Source: a bacterium (GTDB lineage Bacteria; Patescibacteriota; Dojkabacteria; JAKAPS01; JAJZLI01). From it: a stretch of DNA of 64,000 bases. The stretch spans positions 326,087-390,086 of the forward strand of contig JAKAWT010000001.1 of NCBI GenBank assembly GCA_021816845.1. The letters run 5' to 3'. Positions 1 to 12,251 of this stretch are shown here, one piece after another (position 1 is the stretch's first letter; each line of letters starts with the position of its first letter). Both the position numbers and the translations under genes were made by a program. Below the pieces are notes generated by a model, which saw nothing but the letters and a program-made list of their open reading frames with translations, had not been told where the DNA came from and ran no database searches.

Positions 1-56
1 TCTAAGAAGATAGTCTATACTTTCTAGAGTTTTTATTCTAAAGGTTAGGGGTGATC

Positions 57-719
57 TTAAGATTTTTCAGGTTCTTCTTCCTCTCCTTCTTTCTTCTCAT
101 TTATAACCTCTACATCTTCAGGAGATACCTCTTCAACCTCTTCTTCTATTTCTTCTTCCTGAGGAGGGGAGATTGTTATAATAGCACCTTCTAATTCCTC
201 TTCTTCCATAGGGGCAAATTCAACTCCTTCTGGTAATTTAATATCCTTCAAAAGTATGGAATCTCCAATTTCAAGTAATCCAGAAATATCTACGACTATG
301 GAATTAGGTATGTCTTGAGGTAGAGAAATTATTTCAATTTCCTGTATATTTTCGAAAGGTACTCCTCCATATGTTTTTACAGCAGGAGCTTCTCCTACAA
401 TTTCAATAGGTACGTTAGCATTAATCTTTTCTGTCAGTGAGACTTCATGAAAAGAGACACTTAAAAGTTCAGATGAAAGAGGGTGTGTTTGAACTTCTTG
501 GATTAATACATTATGTGTTTTATCAGGGAGTTCTAGTTCAATTATTCCAGTGTAATGAGCCTCCTTATAAGTATGGACAAACTCTTTCTTATCAATTTCA
601 ATGTTTGTGTTCCCTGATATACCAAATACAGAGGCTGGGATAAGGTCCTTTTTTCTTAAACTTTTAACAGCCTTTTTTGTGAGAATTCTTTTTTGTGCCT
701 TGAGTTTGATTTTTTGCAT
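57..719 (-). CDS. rplY: 50S ribosomal protein L25/general stress protein Ctc
   Basis: LRK-x-x-LIPASVFG, VQTHPL-x(5)-SVSFH, VPIEIVGEAPAVK, IPNSIVVDISGL motifs; acidic C-terminal tail typical of the long form. Confidence 0.95.
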   Translation of the reverse strand: MQKIKLKAQKRILTKKAVKSLRKKDLIPASVFGISGNTNIEIDKKEFVHTYKEAHYTGIIELELPDKTHNVLIQEVQTHPLSSELLSVSFHEVSLTEKINANVPIEIVGEAPAVKTYGGVPFENIQEIEIISLPQDIPNSIVVDISGLLEIGDSILLKDIKLPEGVEFAPMEEEELEGAIITISPPQEEEIEEEVEEVSPEDVEVINEKKEGEEEEPEKS

Positions 720-767
720 ACGGGAAAGATAATAGCATAATTATATGTAGGTTTTCAATCAACGTAT

Positions 768-1103
768 CTAGCTATCAAATGGTCCATCTTCGATAATGCT
801 ATGTTTGGCCTCCACTATATTAATTTTAAATACTCTTACTAATTCTTTAAAAAATTCTTCATAACCTTCAATATTATCTTTTGCAAATAACACTAACTTC
901 AAAAAATCATCTTCTGGAACAGAGTCTTTATTTTCTAAATCAACAGCATTTTTAATATTAAAAAGATAATATTTTATAAAGAGCCTTCTTAATTCTAGCA
1001 AAAGGTTTTCTTGGTAATCTGGAGGAAGATTATCAAAATTAAACTCTTTGTAGAGATCTATATCTCCTGTATAGTTTTTCTCAAATAACTTATCTATATC
1101 CAT
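768..1103 (-). CDS. Hypothetical helical protein (111 aa)
   Basis: Clean ORF starting 2 nt after the valS stop; acidic composition. Confidence 0.7.
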   Translation of the reverse strand: MDIDKLFEKNYTGDIDLYKEFNFDNLPPDYQENLLLELRRLFIKYYLFNIKNAVDLENKDSVPEDDFLKLVLFAKDNIEGYEEFFKELVRVFKINIVEAKHSIIEDGPFDS

Positions 1104-1105
1104 AG

Positions 1106-3388
<2,283 letters not shown>

Positions 3389-3395
3389 ATCTTTT

Positions 3396-3437
3396 GAATT
3401 TAGATTCTTGAATCTTGATTCTTGGATCTTGATCCTT
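3396..3437. repeat. 3 x 14-nt palindromic-core array in the valS leader
   Basis: gaatttagattctt / gaatcttgattctt / ggatcttgatcctt, between a TATAAT (3439-3444, minus strand) and the valS ATG. Confidence 0.9.
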
Positions 3438-3472
3438 TATTATACCAAACTGTTATATTAAACACACTGAAT

Positions 3473-4309
3473 TTACTCAAAAAGTGTTTTTAATCTTTCA
3501 AGATTTTTCCTAAAATCAGGTTCCCTTCCAGGATCAAAAAATTTTGATTTTTTACCTTGAATATATTTTTTTAAAAAATATTTGTATAAATATTTGTATT
3601 CATCCATATCTTTAGTAGTAGGAATCCTTTTTTGTGTATACAAAAATACAAATCTTTTGTCTGTCTGATGAGGGATTTCTATGGTATCTATTACACCTTC
3701 TCTTATAAGTTGCATTAGGTTAAATGTCACATACGATTGCATTAATCTTAATGCAGTCATTTTGATTCTCAAAGACATATCGTCTCTATAACTAGGAGTA
3801 TCAACATCTCTTTGATCAAATTTAAAGTAATCCTCTTCTCCCATCGCTTCATCAAGTTTATTGTTGAAATATTTCATTCTATATTTTTCTTTATTTATAA
3901 GATTTCTAGCCTCTTTCCCTCCATCATGTAGAAAAGTATCAAATTTAACCTTCATCAACCTAAATGTTTGATAATCTCCTGATATAAATTCTGCATCAAT
4001 AACTCTAGATGGATAGTTGTTATTCCTATAAGAAGGTTCTGCAATAACTTCTTCCCGGTGGTAATTATAGAAATCTGAATCTAAATACTTAATCTCCACT
4101 ACTTTGAATATACCAGGGATTTTTGTAAGCTCTTCTCTTGTCGTCTGTGCTTTTGTTTCAAAACTACTTGATTCTACGACTAATGCAATTTCCAGAGGTG
4201 ATGTCTTCCCGGGATTTTCCCTCCTTGCATCTGAGCCAACAGTCATGATAGCAATACCTTTGCCTAAATCAAGAAAATTTTCTTTATAAATGCATCCATA
4301 CTCTGGCAT
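3473..4309 (-). CDS. Hypothetical protein with degenerate Pol-beta-like nucleotidyltransferase N-terminus
   Basis: IAIMTVGSDARRE...SPLEIALVV resembles hhhGS-x-AR-x-E...SDhDhhh, first Asp replaced. Confidence 0.5.
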   Translation of the reverse strand: MPEYGCIYKENFLDLGKGIAIMTVGSDARRENPGKTSPLEIALVVESSSFETKAQTTREELTKIPGIFKVVEIKYLDSDFYNYHREEVIAEPSYRNNNYPSRVIDAEFISGDYQTFRLMKVKFDTFLHDGGKEARNLINKEKYRMKYFNNKLDEAMGEEDYFKFDQRDVDTPSYRDDMSLRIKMTALRLMQSYVTFNLMQLIREGVIDTIEIPHQTDKRFVFLYTQKRIPTTKDMDEYKYLYKYFLKKYIQGKKSKFFDPGREPDFRKNLERLKTLFE

Positions 4310-4473
4310 AAGAGTGGAATTATATCATATAATCCTAAATTGAAATATACCTAATTTTATAGATGATAATAGGGAATATGGCAACATATCATTGATTGAT
4401 GGTGCCGTAGGTTCTAGAGCTTGTAGGAAGCTTTAAAAATTTTGATGTTATAAGTGAGATATAACATTATCTT

Positions 4474-4515
4474 GGATTAAGATTCTTGGATCCAGATTCT
4501 TAGATCCAGATCCTT
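4474..4515. repeat. 3 x 14-nt palindromic-core array downstream of uppP
   Basis: ggattaagattctt / ggatccagattctt / agatccagatcctt. Confidence 0.9.
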
Positions 4516-4519
4516 GGGG

Positions 4520-5353
4520 CTAGACTCTTGTAAAAATAAATACACTTAATATTCCAATTATGACAGAATAATAAGCATATGGTTTTAGAGTTCCTTTTTC
4601 AAAGTATTTCATTAAGAATTTAACTGCAAAATATGCAGTTATACCTGATATAACTCCTCCAAGAAGTGCATACCAAAATGGAGTTAAAGAGTGAGTAGAA
4701 AATAAAGAAGGAACCTCTAAAAGTCCTGCTGCCAGAATAACTGGAGTTGCCAGCATGAAAGAGAAATAAGCAGCGTCTTCGTGATCTAGGTCATATAAAA
4801 GTCCTGCAACCATACTAGCTCCAGATCTTGAGATTCCTGGAATTAACGCAAATATTTGAGATATCCCTATAATAATAGTATCAAGAAAACTTAAATCTTC
4901 TAATTTCTTTTTTAGTTTTTTCTTTTTAATTAACATTTCACCTCCATAAAGGATGAATCCATTGACTATTAGAAATATTGCAGCAATTAGAGGATTCTCG
5001 AATATCTTCTTTACAAATGATGAGAATATAAGACCAATTATTCCTACAGGTATTGTTGCTATAACAAGTTTCCATGCAAAATTTTCTGTTTTATCATTTG
5101 ACAGTTTCCCATTGACTGCAGTTCTAAAAAGAGCAAAAACAATTTCTTTCCATTCTTTATAGAAGAATACTACTAATGCTATAGCAGTACCCACATGTAA
5201 AGATACAATGAACGGAAGAAAAAAAGAGGAACTTTTAGTTACATGTATATTAAGTAGGGATTGTATTATTACAATATGTCCAAGACTGCTTATAGGAAAA
5301 AGCTCCGATATGCCTTGAGAAACACTGATTATGACATCATTTAATATATTCAT
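4520..5353 (-). CDS. uppP: Undecaprenyl-diphosphate phosphatase
   Basis: QGISELFPISSLGH and ALIPGISRSG BacA/UppP motifs; polytopic membrane protein. Confidence 0.96.
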   Translation of the reverse strand: MNILNDVIISVSQGISELFPISSLGHIVIIQSLLNIHVTKSSSFFLPFIVSLHVGTAIALVVFFYKEWKEIVFALFRTAVNGKLSNDKTENFAWKLVIATIPVGIIGLIFSSFVKKIFENPLIAAIFLIVNGFILYGGEMLIKKKKLKKKLEDLSFLDTIIIGISQIFALIPGISRSGASMVAGLLYDLDHEDAAYFSFMLATPVILAAGLLEVPSLFSTHSLTPFWYALLGGVISGITAYFAVKFLMKYFEKGTLKPYAYYSVIIGILSVFIFTRV

Positions 5354-5413
5354 AGATTGTATCTGTTAAATATTTTTGTTAACATTAAATCATTACTTTA
5401 TATCATAATATCA

Positions 5414-5647
5414 ATGAATAAAAAATCTCTGAGGCCAACCCCCATTGTTATTTTCCTTGCTGTAGTTTTTTTGGTTATAACTATCTATTACCTTATTCCT
5501 GGATTTAATCATTTACTAGTTTTCAATAATCACCCTCAAACATATCAACTTAAGCACGCATTATTATTTTTCATACTTCTTATAATTGATATTGTTTTTG
5601 GTAGAATTCTGATTAATAGGGATAAAGAAACAAAAATCCCTCAATAG
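5414..5647 (+). CDS. Small two-TM membrane protein
   Basis: Two hydrophobic segments; ATG 5414 preferred over the upstream TTG. Confidence 0.65.
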   Translation: MNKKSLRPTPIVIFLAVVFLVITIYYLIPGFNHLLVFNNHPQTYQLKHALLFFILLIIDIVFGRILINRDKETKIPQ

Positions 5648-5666
5648 ATCTAAGTTGGGATTTTTT
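5632..5666. terminator. Probable bidirectional intrinsic terminator
   Basis: aaaaatccc...gggatttttt inverted repeat between convergent genes. Confidence 0.55.
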
Positions 5667-5677
5667 AAAATAAGACA

Positions 5678-6199
5678 TTATCTACATAAAGGAACCAGTT
5701 TATCAGTTATTCCAGTTTGTGGTGATGAAAAACAGTATGTATTATTAAGTTCCCAAGTATTATTTTTATTTACAAGATCAAATTCCATTATATTTGTTTG
5801 ATTCTGATTTTCTACTTTTAAAATAGCTATACTTGGTAATTCAGTAACTATGCTTACTTGTGGATTTTCTAAAGCTCCAGATTCCCTTGTGATAGGATTA
5901 ACGTGGTGTACATTTTTTATATAAGTTTGCAGTGTAGTTCTAAACTGAGGGGTTATTGGACAAGAGGTATTTTGTATACAGGTATTATATTTTGATAAAA
6001 TACCTTCTGTTACCAATATTGGATTTTGATTTGGAATAGATCCAGTTTCTTTTTTTGAAATGGAAGAAGCAGTACTATTTGAGTTTTTATAAACTACAAC
6101 TTTAGGTTTTTGTAAAACATTTTGTGCAAACAACAACACAATAATTACCGCTAAAACGATTATTATTATATCTTTTCTGTAAAAATTGATTTTATTCAT
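5678..6199 (-). CDS. Membrane-anchored/secreted hypothetical protein
   Basis: N-terminal TM helix, Ser/Thr linker, four Cys in the extracellular domain. Confidence 0.7.
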   Translation of the reverse strand: MNKINFYRKDIIIIVLAVIIVLLFAQNVLQKPKVVVYKNSNSTASSISKKETGSIPNQNPILVTEGILSKYNTCIQNTSCPITPQFRTTLQTYIKNVHHVNPITRESGALENPQVSIVTELPSIAILKVENQNQTNIMEFDLVNKNNTWELNNTYCFSSPQTGITDKLVPLCR

Positions 6200-6242
6200 A
6201 ATTATCGATCGGGACTATTCTATCATATTTCTTATAAAAATT

Positions 6243-7220
6243 TTATCTTCCCAGAATTAGGAATTTAAGTAATCTTTGTGTATAAAGTGTTTTAATACCT
6301 AAAAAAACTACAAAATTTACTATAAAATTATGATTCTTAAAATAATGTTTTCTGTAGAATATCCACATAGATTTATAACCTGCCATAATCCATCTTTCCT
6401 TAGTTTTTCTGTCTGCTTTAGTATACTTCCTACTTGATTCTTTTATACCTCCAGAAGCTCCTTTATAGTGAAGTATTGATGTTTCTGGATAATACATAAT
6501 CCTAAAATCCATTTTTTTTAATCTTAAACATAGATCTATGTCCTCTCCCATGGCCCAAAATGTTTCATCAAAAAGACTAGTCTTTAAGAGGTTAGAATCT
6601 TTATTGTCTGCATTTAATTTTTCAATTGAAGACCTTCTTATGTACATAAATGCTCCTGTACAAGAATCTATCTCTATTTCTTTGTTAGTTGGAGAATCTA
6701 TATTGTATCCTCTGAATATTGGGGATATTTTAGATAAATGGAATAATTTCCCAAGACTATTTTTTATTGAAGGGAATTGTCTCATACATGCTTTATCTAG
6801 TGTACCATCGGGTAGTAATACTTTACATGTGGAAAGAGCAACATCTTTGTGTTTCTCCATATAGTTATACATTATATCGCAAGTATCAAGAGATAATTTT
6901 GTATCTGGATTTAGAACTAAGATATATGTACCTTTTGATAATCTATATCCTTGATTATTTGCCTTGGAGAACCCTACATTATCTTCATTTTTTATGTATA
7001 TAGAGTGCGGAATGATGGGTTGATGGTTTTTTTCAAATATTTTGTATGTATCATCATTCCCGTTGTCAATTACTATAACTTCAATCTTTAATTTTGTTGT
7101 CTTTATTATTTTACCAAGTTCTCTAATGAGGTCTGAAAGGAGATTCTTAACATTATACGTTACTATGATGATTGATAGGTCGATTGATTTTTCTGTATTT
7201 CTAATACGAGATTCCTCCAT
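6243..7220 (-). CDS. GT2 glycosyltransferase (WbbL-like)
   Basis: SIIIVTYN, VIDNG, NVGFSKANNQG, LNPDT, EDIDLC, HYKGAS. Confidence 0.9.
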   Translation of the reverse strand: MEESRIRNTEKSIDLSIIIVTYNVKNLLSDLIRELGKIIKTTKLKIEVIVIDNGNDDTYKIFEKNHQPIIPHSIYIKNEDNVGFSKANNQGYRLSKGTYILVLNPDTKLSLDTCDIMYNYMEKHKDVALSTCKVLLPDGTLDKACMRQFPSIKNSLGKLFHLSKISPIFRGYNIDSPTNKEIEIDSCTGAFMYIRRSSIEKLNADNKDSNLLKTSLFDETFWAMGEDIDLCLRLKKMDFRIMYYPETSILHYKGASGGIKESSRKYTKADRKTKERWIMAGYKSMWIFYRKHYFKNHNFIVNFVVFLGIKTLYTQRLLKFLILGR

Positions 7221-7241
7221 AATTCTAGATTATTATATCAG

Positions 7242-7286
7242 AAATCAAGATATGCAATATCAAGATATGCAATATCAAGATATACA
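7242..7286. repeat. 3 x 15-nt array with ATATC-AA-GATAT palindromic core
   Basis: aaatcaagatatgca / atatcaagatatgca / atatcaagatataca in a divergent intergenic region. Confidence 0.9.
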
Positions 7287-7440
7287 GTGATAATAATCAA
7301 AAATTCTAAAACAGAAACTAGTCTCACTAGGAATAATTAATATAGTAGAAAATTTTAAAGTTTTTGCTAAACAATTACTCTGTAGTCTAGTCCCTGGATA
7401 AATTTTCCTTTTAAATCAAATTTATCGTATAATAAAACCT

Positions 7441-8202
7441 ATGAACCAAAATGATAAGGATCTTCTCTTTGAATTTGTAAAAACAGATTTTACGCTTCGC
7501 TATAACAATTCTGTCTTAGGATTTTTATGGGTAGTTATAAAGCCATTATTGATGTTTACAGTTATGTATATTGTATTCTCAATTTTACTTGGAAATTCTG
7601 TAAAATATTATGCTCTCTATCTTTTAATAGGTATTATGATGTATAACTTTTTTAATGAAGTGACTGTAAATGGTCTAAATTCTTTGGTTCAAAAAAAAGA
7701 TGTTATGCTAAAAGTCAATTTTAAAAGACATTTAGCCGTTATAGGAGCAACTTTGATTGCAGTCATAAATCTGTTTTTTAATCTTCTGGTTGCTATAGTA
7801 TTTTTTGCATACAATAGAGTCTTACCAAACTTTCAAGATTTAGCAGTGTTTCTATTTTGTATAATAGCTTTGTACATACTTGGTCTTGCAGTTGCTTTTC
7901 TAATCAGTATTCTATATGTTAAATTTAGAGATTTACAACATATATGGGAAATATTGATGCTTGTAGTTTTTTATCTTACACCAATAGTGTATCCAATATC
8001 TCTAATAAAAGGTAAGGCTCAGTATCTTATTGATGCAAATCCATTAACTCATATATTAAATTTTGCAAGAGAAGCTTTAATTTATAATAAATTCTTATCT
8101 GTAGAGTCAACATTAGTTATATTCGTATTGTCTCTAATTTTTCTTTATATAACCTATCATTTTTTTGAAAGGAGTATTAAAAAGATTGCAGAAGAATTTT
8201 AA
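7441..8202 (+). CDS. wzm: Polysaccharide ABC exporter permease
   Basis: RYNNSVLGFLW-x-x-x-KPL, RDLQHIW, FYLTPIVYP, NPL; adjacent to wzt. Confidence 0.92.
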   Translation: MNQNDKDLLFEFVKTDFTLRYNNSVLGFLWVVIKPLLMFTVMYIVFSILLGNSVKYYALYLLIGIMMYNFFNEVTVNGLNSLVQKKDVMLKVNFKRHLAVIGATLIAVINLFFNLLVAIVFFAYNRVLPNFQDLAVFLFCIIALYILGLAVAFLISILYVKFRDLQHIWEILMLVVFYLTPIVYPISLIKGKAQYLIDANPLTHILNFAREALIYNKFLSVESTLVIFVLSLIFLYITYHFFERSIKKIAEEF

Positions 8203-8228
8203 CTCTGGAGTTTTAACTCTGGAGCTTT
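8201..8228. repeat. 2 x 14-nt array with AACTC-TG-GAGTT palindromic core
   Basis: aactctggagtttt / aactctggagcttt between wzm and wzt. Confidence 0.85.
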
Positions 8229-8239
8229 AAATAAATATT

Positions 8240-9424
8240 ATGGAAGACAGTGTAATAGAAGTAAAAAATATAGAAAAAGAATTTAAAATTCCTCAAGAGA
8301 GGAAGACGCAGCTTAAAGAGCATTTTATACACCCATTCAAGAAGACTAAATACATTGAATTCAAAGCTCTATCAGACATATCCTTTGACGTTAAGAAAGG
8401 AGAATTTTTAGGGATTATAGGGAGGAATGGTTCTGGGAAGAGTACACTTTTAAAAATAATAGCTGGGATTTATCTTCCAGATAAAGGTACAGTTAAAACT
8501 AAAGGTAAACTTATCCCTTATCTAGAATTAGGTGTTGGCTTTAATATGGAACTTACTGCAATTGAGAATATATATCTGAATGGAGTAATTTTAGGTATAC
8601 CTAAAGAAGAGCTTAAAAGAACATATAAATCTATTATTGAATTTGCAGGAGTAGAAGGATTTGAAGAGACACAACTTAAAAATTATTCTTCTGGAATGCA
8701 AGTAAGACTAGCTTTCGCAATAGCAATACAGGCAAAAGGAGACGTATATTTATTGGATGAAGTCTTAGCAGTAGGGGATAATGCTTTCCAACAAAAATGT
8801 TTTAACACTTTCAGAGAGTTTAAAAAAGAGGGGAAAACAATAATTTTTGTCTCACATGCGATGGGGGCCATAGAAGAATTTTGTGATAGAGTAATACTTA
8901 TTGATAAAGGAAAGATACAGAAAGAAGGGAATCCTTTTGATGTTGTTAAAAAATATGGGGATATGTCAATTCTAAATGATGCAAAGAGAAAAGGTATAGA
9001 GTCAAATGATAGTATTGGACTCCAATCTGTAAAACTTTTGGATTCTAAGATGTCAGAAAATATCAGTTTTAACTTTGAGGATAAACTTACGATTAGACTT
9101 ATATATAAACTTAATGATGAGGTACAAGATCCCATATTTACAATAGTTTTAACAAGAAACGATGGTGTGGTTGTAGCATCCACAACAAGTAAGGATTCAA
9201 AATCTAAAATAGGGGCAATTTCAGGCGAAGGATATGTTGATTTTACCATTGATAAAATTAAATTATTTGCTGGTGTGTATTCTCTTACAGCCGTTTTATA
9301 TAACAGGGATTTTGAAAACCCTATATCTTCACTAGATAATACTCCTCCATTTAATATATTCTCAACAAGAGATACTCAGGTTGGTATTTTTGAGATTGAT
9401 GGAGAGTGGAAATCTCAAGCTTAA
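8240..9424 (+). CDS. wzt: Polysaccharide ABC exporter ATPase with C-terminal Wzt_C domain
   Basis: GRNGSGKST, YSSGM-x-x-RLAFA, LLDEVLAVGD, Ig-like C-terminal domain. Confidence 0.93.
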   Translation: MEDSVIEVKNIEKEFKIPQERKTQLKEHFIHPFKKTKYIEFKALSDISFDVKKGEFLGIIGRNGSGKSTLLKIIAGIYLPDKGTVKTKGKLIPYLELGVGFNMELTAIENIYLNGVILGIPKEELKRTYKSIIEFAGVEGFEETQLKNYSSGMQVRLAFAIAIQAKGDVYLLDEVLAVGDNAFQQKCFNTFREFKKEGKTIIFVSHAMGAIEEFCDRVILIDKGKIQKEGNPFDVVKKYGDMSILNDAKRKGIESNDSIGLQSVKLLDSKMSENISFNFEDKLTIRLIYKLNDEVQDPIFTIVLTRNDGVVVASTTSKDSKSKIGAISGEGYVDFTIDKIKLFAGVYSLTAVLYNRDFENPISSLDNTPPFNIFSTRDTQVGIFEIDGEWKSQA

Positions 9425-9457
9425 CATTATAGTAACTTATGATGGATTAGATAAAGT

Positions 9458-9494
9458 GTCACATATTCATTATATAAATGTGTGAATATGTAAC
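9458..9494. terminator. Hairpin between convergent genes
   Basis: gtcacatattca ... tgaatatgtaac near-perfect 12-bp inverted repeat. Confidence 0.5.
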
Positions 9495-9537
9495 TATTTT
9501 ATTACAGATTTTAATATTAGGATATATCTAAATTTTA

Positions 9538-10344
9538 TCAAGTTTTAAAAAGTAGTATTAAATATGTTTTTGTAAATTTTATGTTTCTTATCATATATAT
9601 AGGGAATTTCAGGGTATCATACATTTTGGCTATATATATAACTTTCCTACTCCTATATTTTCTTAAAAATTTGTATTTATTAATAAAAGAAAGTTTCAGG
9701 TTCATAAAATTGTTTGGATTCCCTCTAAGGTGTATAGACTCTGCACTTCTTATAAAATAATTTTTATACCCAGCCTTTCTTATTTTGACACCTAAGTCTA
9801 AATCCTCATAATATGAGACGTAGGTAGAGTCAAACAACCTACATTTTAAGATTACAGATTTTCTGTATACACATGCTGCTGCACAGCAAGCAAGAATTTC
9901 TTTATTCTCTCTTGGGATTCTTTTTATGTCGTTTGCAGAGAATCCAAAATTTAGATATATCCCACAAGAGTCTATTTTCGTTTTCTGCAGATTTCTATAA
10001 TAAATGCCTTGACAAGATCCAACCATGGGATTTTTATCCATAAATTTTACTATATTCTCCACATAAGATAATGATAGATAGGCATCATGATTAAGTGTAA
10101 GAATATATTCTCCTCGGGCTAGTTTTATACCTTGGTTATTTGCTTTTGAAAACCCTGTATTCTTACTGTTCTCAATTAATGTGAATTTATAATTCATCCT
10201 TGACAGTATTCTCTTTGTACTATCTGTTGATCCATTATCAATAATTATTATTTCTATATTTTTGTAAGTTTGTTTTAGAACCCTTACAAGAGTCTCGCGT
10301 ATATATTTCTCGCTGTTGAATGTTACTAATATTACACTTACCAT
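9538..10344 (-). CDS. GT2 glycosyltransferase
   Basis: SVILVTFN, IDNGSTD, NTGFSKANNQG, LNHD, YEDLDL. Confidence 0.9.
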   Translation of the reverse strand: MVSVILVTFNSEKYIRETLVRVLKQTYKNIEIIIIDNGSTDSTKRILSRMNYKFTLIENSKNTGFSKANNQGIKLARGEYILTLNHDAYLSLSYVENIVKFMDKNPMVGSCQGIYYRNLQKTKIDSCGIYLNFGFSANDIKRIPRENKEILACCAAACVYRKSVILKCRLFDSTYVSYYEDLDLGVKIRKAGYKNYFIRSAESIHLRGNPNNFMNLKLSFINKYKFLRKYRSRKVIYIAKMYDTLKFPIYMIRNIKFTKTYLILLFKT

Positions 10345-10486
10345 ATTTTCTATTATATCAGTATTATATAATCTGACTTAATCTTATAGAAATATAGTAT
10401 ATTTGTCCATGTTGGTGGTATAATGTCGATGTTCTTTAAAAATTGAAGACAGAATAAATAACGATATATACAAAAAGGAGTGGAAG

Positions 10487-11878
10487 ATGCGTAGGTTCAC
10501 AGTGTTGGTATTGTTGGTGTTAGTTTCTGTAGTAAGCGTTTTTACTATGCAAGAGTCAGGGAGGATTAGTACAAATTATAAGACCAAGGTAACTACAAAA
10601 AACCTTGATTACAATGATCTCTGTTCAATACAAACGACGATAACTCCCAATGATGCCTCTTGGGGATCAAGTATCAACTTGCAGGCAGTAGATAGATGTC
10701 ACGGTGGATCATTTTCCTTTTTTGAACGTTCAGGAACCAGTGGTCCTTGGACTCCAATAAGAGGTTGGGGAAGTGGAAGCTTAGTTTGGAATACTGGGAT
10801 AAGTAGTGTTAGTGGAAGGATAGAATTTCTTGTCTTTTGGTGGAATAACTCTCCAACGATACAAGAGATCCTAAACTACAATATTAGTCCATGTACCCCC
10901 CAGACAACGAGTCCTACTAGTTTAGGCTATTCAACGCTTGTTGCTTCACCACTCAATGCAATCGTGGGATCTAATGTTACTCTTCAAGCTACTAGTTCAT
11001 GTCCAGACACAATGTTCGCTTTCTTTATGAGGAGAAGTTCTAGTTCACACTGGAATCTGATCCGTAATTGGGGAACTGGGAATTTTGTTTGGAACACATC
11101 TGGTAGTGCAAGTGGCCCGATACAGTTTCTAGCATGGGCTGGTGAAAACAAAGCCTCTTATGCACAATTAGAAACAAACTATACTCTGAGTCCGCGACCT
11201 CCTTCTCAAAAGCCTGTATCTAATCCTGTATCAACGTCACCTCCTTCTGTACCTTTAAGTTGGCATGTTAGCGGGGTGATATATCATTCTCAGATATACA
11301 CTGAAGATTGCGAAACAGCTTCTCTCCAAATGGCATTAAACCATGAGGGAATATACGATTCGCAACCAGCCTTGCTTGGTCTTGAGAATGTACAAGAACA
11401 GGGTCCTGTGATGGATGGATCAACAATCGTAAAGTGGGGAGATCCGTACACATCTTTTGTTGGAAATCCTAATGGAGAGCAACTTACCGCTATACCTACT
11501 GGGTATGGAACCTACTATAGCAATATAGCACGTGTTGCTGCAGCTGTAGGAGGCAATGTAATATGGTCTGGAACTGGACTGACTATCTCTTCAGTGCTTT
11601 CATACATAAAAGAGAATCATCCAGTGATAGCATGGGTGGACGATAACAATAGTGGAGTACTACAATACTCTCCACTGAACTATTGGACCGCCTTTGATGG
11701 TAGGTCTATAGAGTACCCTAGGTATGGCAACGAACACAACGTTTTGGTAGTTGGTGCGACAGCAAATTCAGTGTTGATCTATAATCCTTTAGGGTTTATT
11801 GGACCAGAGTGGATCAGCATTGGAACCTTCGAAAACACTTTTGCAACCTTTGGTAACATGGCAGTGGTGCTGAGCTAA
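10487..11878 (+). CDS. Secreted peptidase C39-like protein with two N-terminal Ig-like repeats
   Basis: Signal peptide; two ~95-aa repeats (GS-x-x-x-LQA...C...W-x-x-IR-x-WG-x-G-x-x-VWNT); Pro/Ser linker; Q-x-x-x-EDCETASLQM (Cys), EHNVLVVG (His). Confidence 0.8.
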   Translation: MRRFTVLVLLVLVSVVSVFTMQESGRISTNYKTKVTTKNLDYNDLCSIQTTITPNDASWGSSINLQAVDRCHGGSFSFFERSGTSGPWTPIRGWGSGSLVWNTGISSVSGRIEFLVFWWNNSPTIQEILNYNISPCTPQTTSPTSLGYSTLVASPLNAIVGSNVTLQATSSCPDTMFAFFMRRSSSSHWNLIRNWGTGNFVWNTSGSASGPIQFLAWAGENKASYAQLETNYTLSPRPPSQKPVSNPVSTSPPSVPLSWHVSGVIYHSQIYTEDCETASLQMALNHEGIYDSQPALLGLENVQEQGPVMDGSTIVKWGDPYTSFVGNPNGEQLTAIPTGYGTYYSNIARVAAAVGGNVIWSGTGLTISSVLSYIKENHPVIAWVDDNNSGVLQYSPLNYWTAFDGRSIEYPRYGNEHNVLVVGATANSVLIYNPLGFIGPEWISIGTFENTFATFGNMAVVLS

Positions 11879-11899
11879 AGATAAGTGTCTTTGAAATCA

Positions 11900-12120
11900 A
11901 GATTTGTGAATACATCCAACTACAAAAGGAGAAGTCTGTCTTCAAAAAACTCAGCTAGTTCTGGTTGAAGTTAGTCGTGCAATCACGAATCTCTTTTCAG
12001 GTTGGCTGAAGGAAAAAAGAGAGAGAGAGGAGCGTTCTTTGGAGTTTTAGGGTTATTGAACCTGGGCTTATGCCTTTGGATTTAATCCACAAAACACTCC
12101 TAGAACGCCTCCTCTCTCCT
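11900..12120. ncRNA. Candidate structured RNA / long hairpins
   Basis: About 45-bp imperfect stem at 12021-12119 (gagagaggagcgttct...agaacgcctcctctctc), plus ccaact..aaaaggaga pairing with tctctttt..ggttgg upstream; GC-richer than flanks. Confidence 0.4.
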
Positions 12121-12251
12121 CACGACCTCTCAAAATTAATCAATAAAAAGTCTTAAATACTTGTTTATACGTTTGTTTTCTAATAAATAGTGATATAATT
12201 TTGCTATTGGATTCTATAGTATATTTTAGATTCAATGTTTGCTATTTATTT

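Noticed and set aside
4445-4467. ATGTTATA-N7-TATAACAT inverted repeat resembling the TA operator half-sites
   Set aside because: Short and AT-rich; plausible by chance or as a weak terminator.
7042-7290. ORF ending QDMQYQDMQYQDIQ
   Set aside because: Antisense to a GT2 gene; the peptide repeat only reflects the intergenic DNA array.
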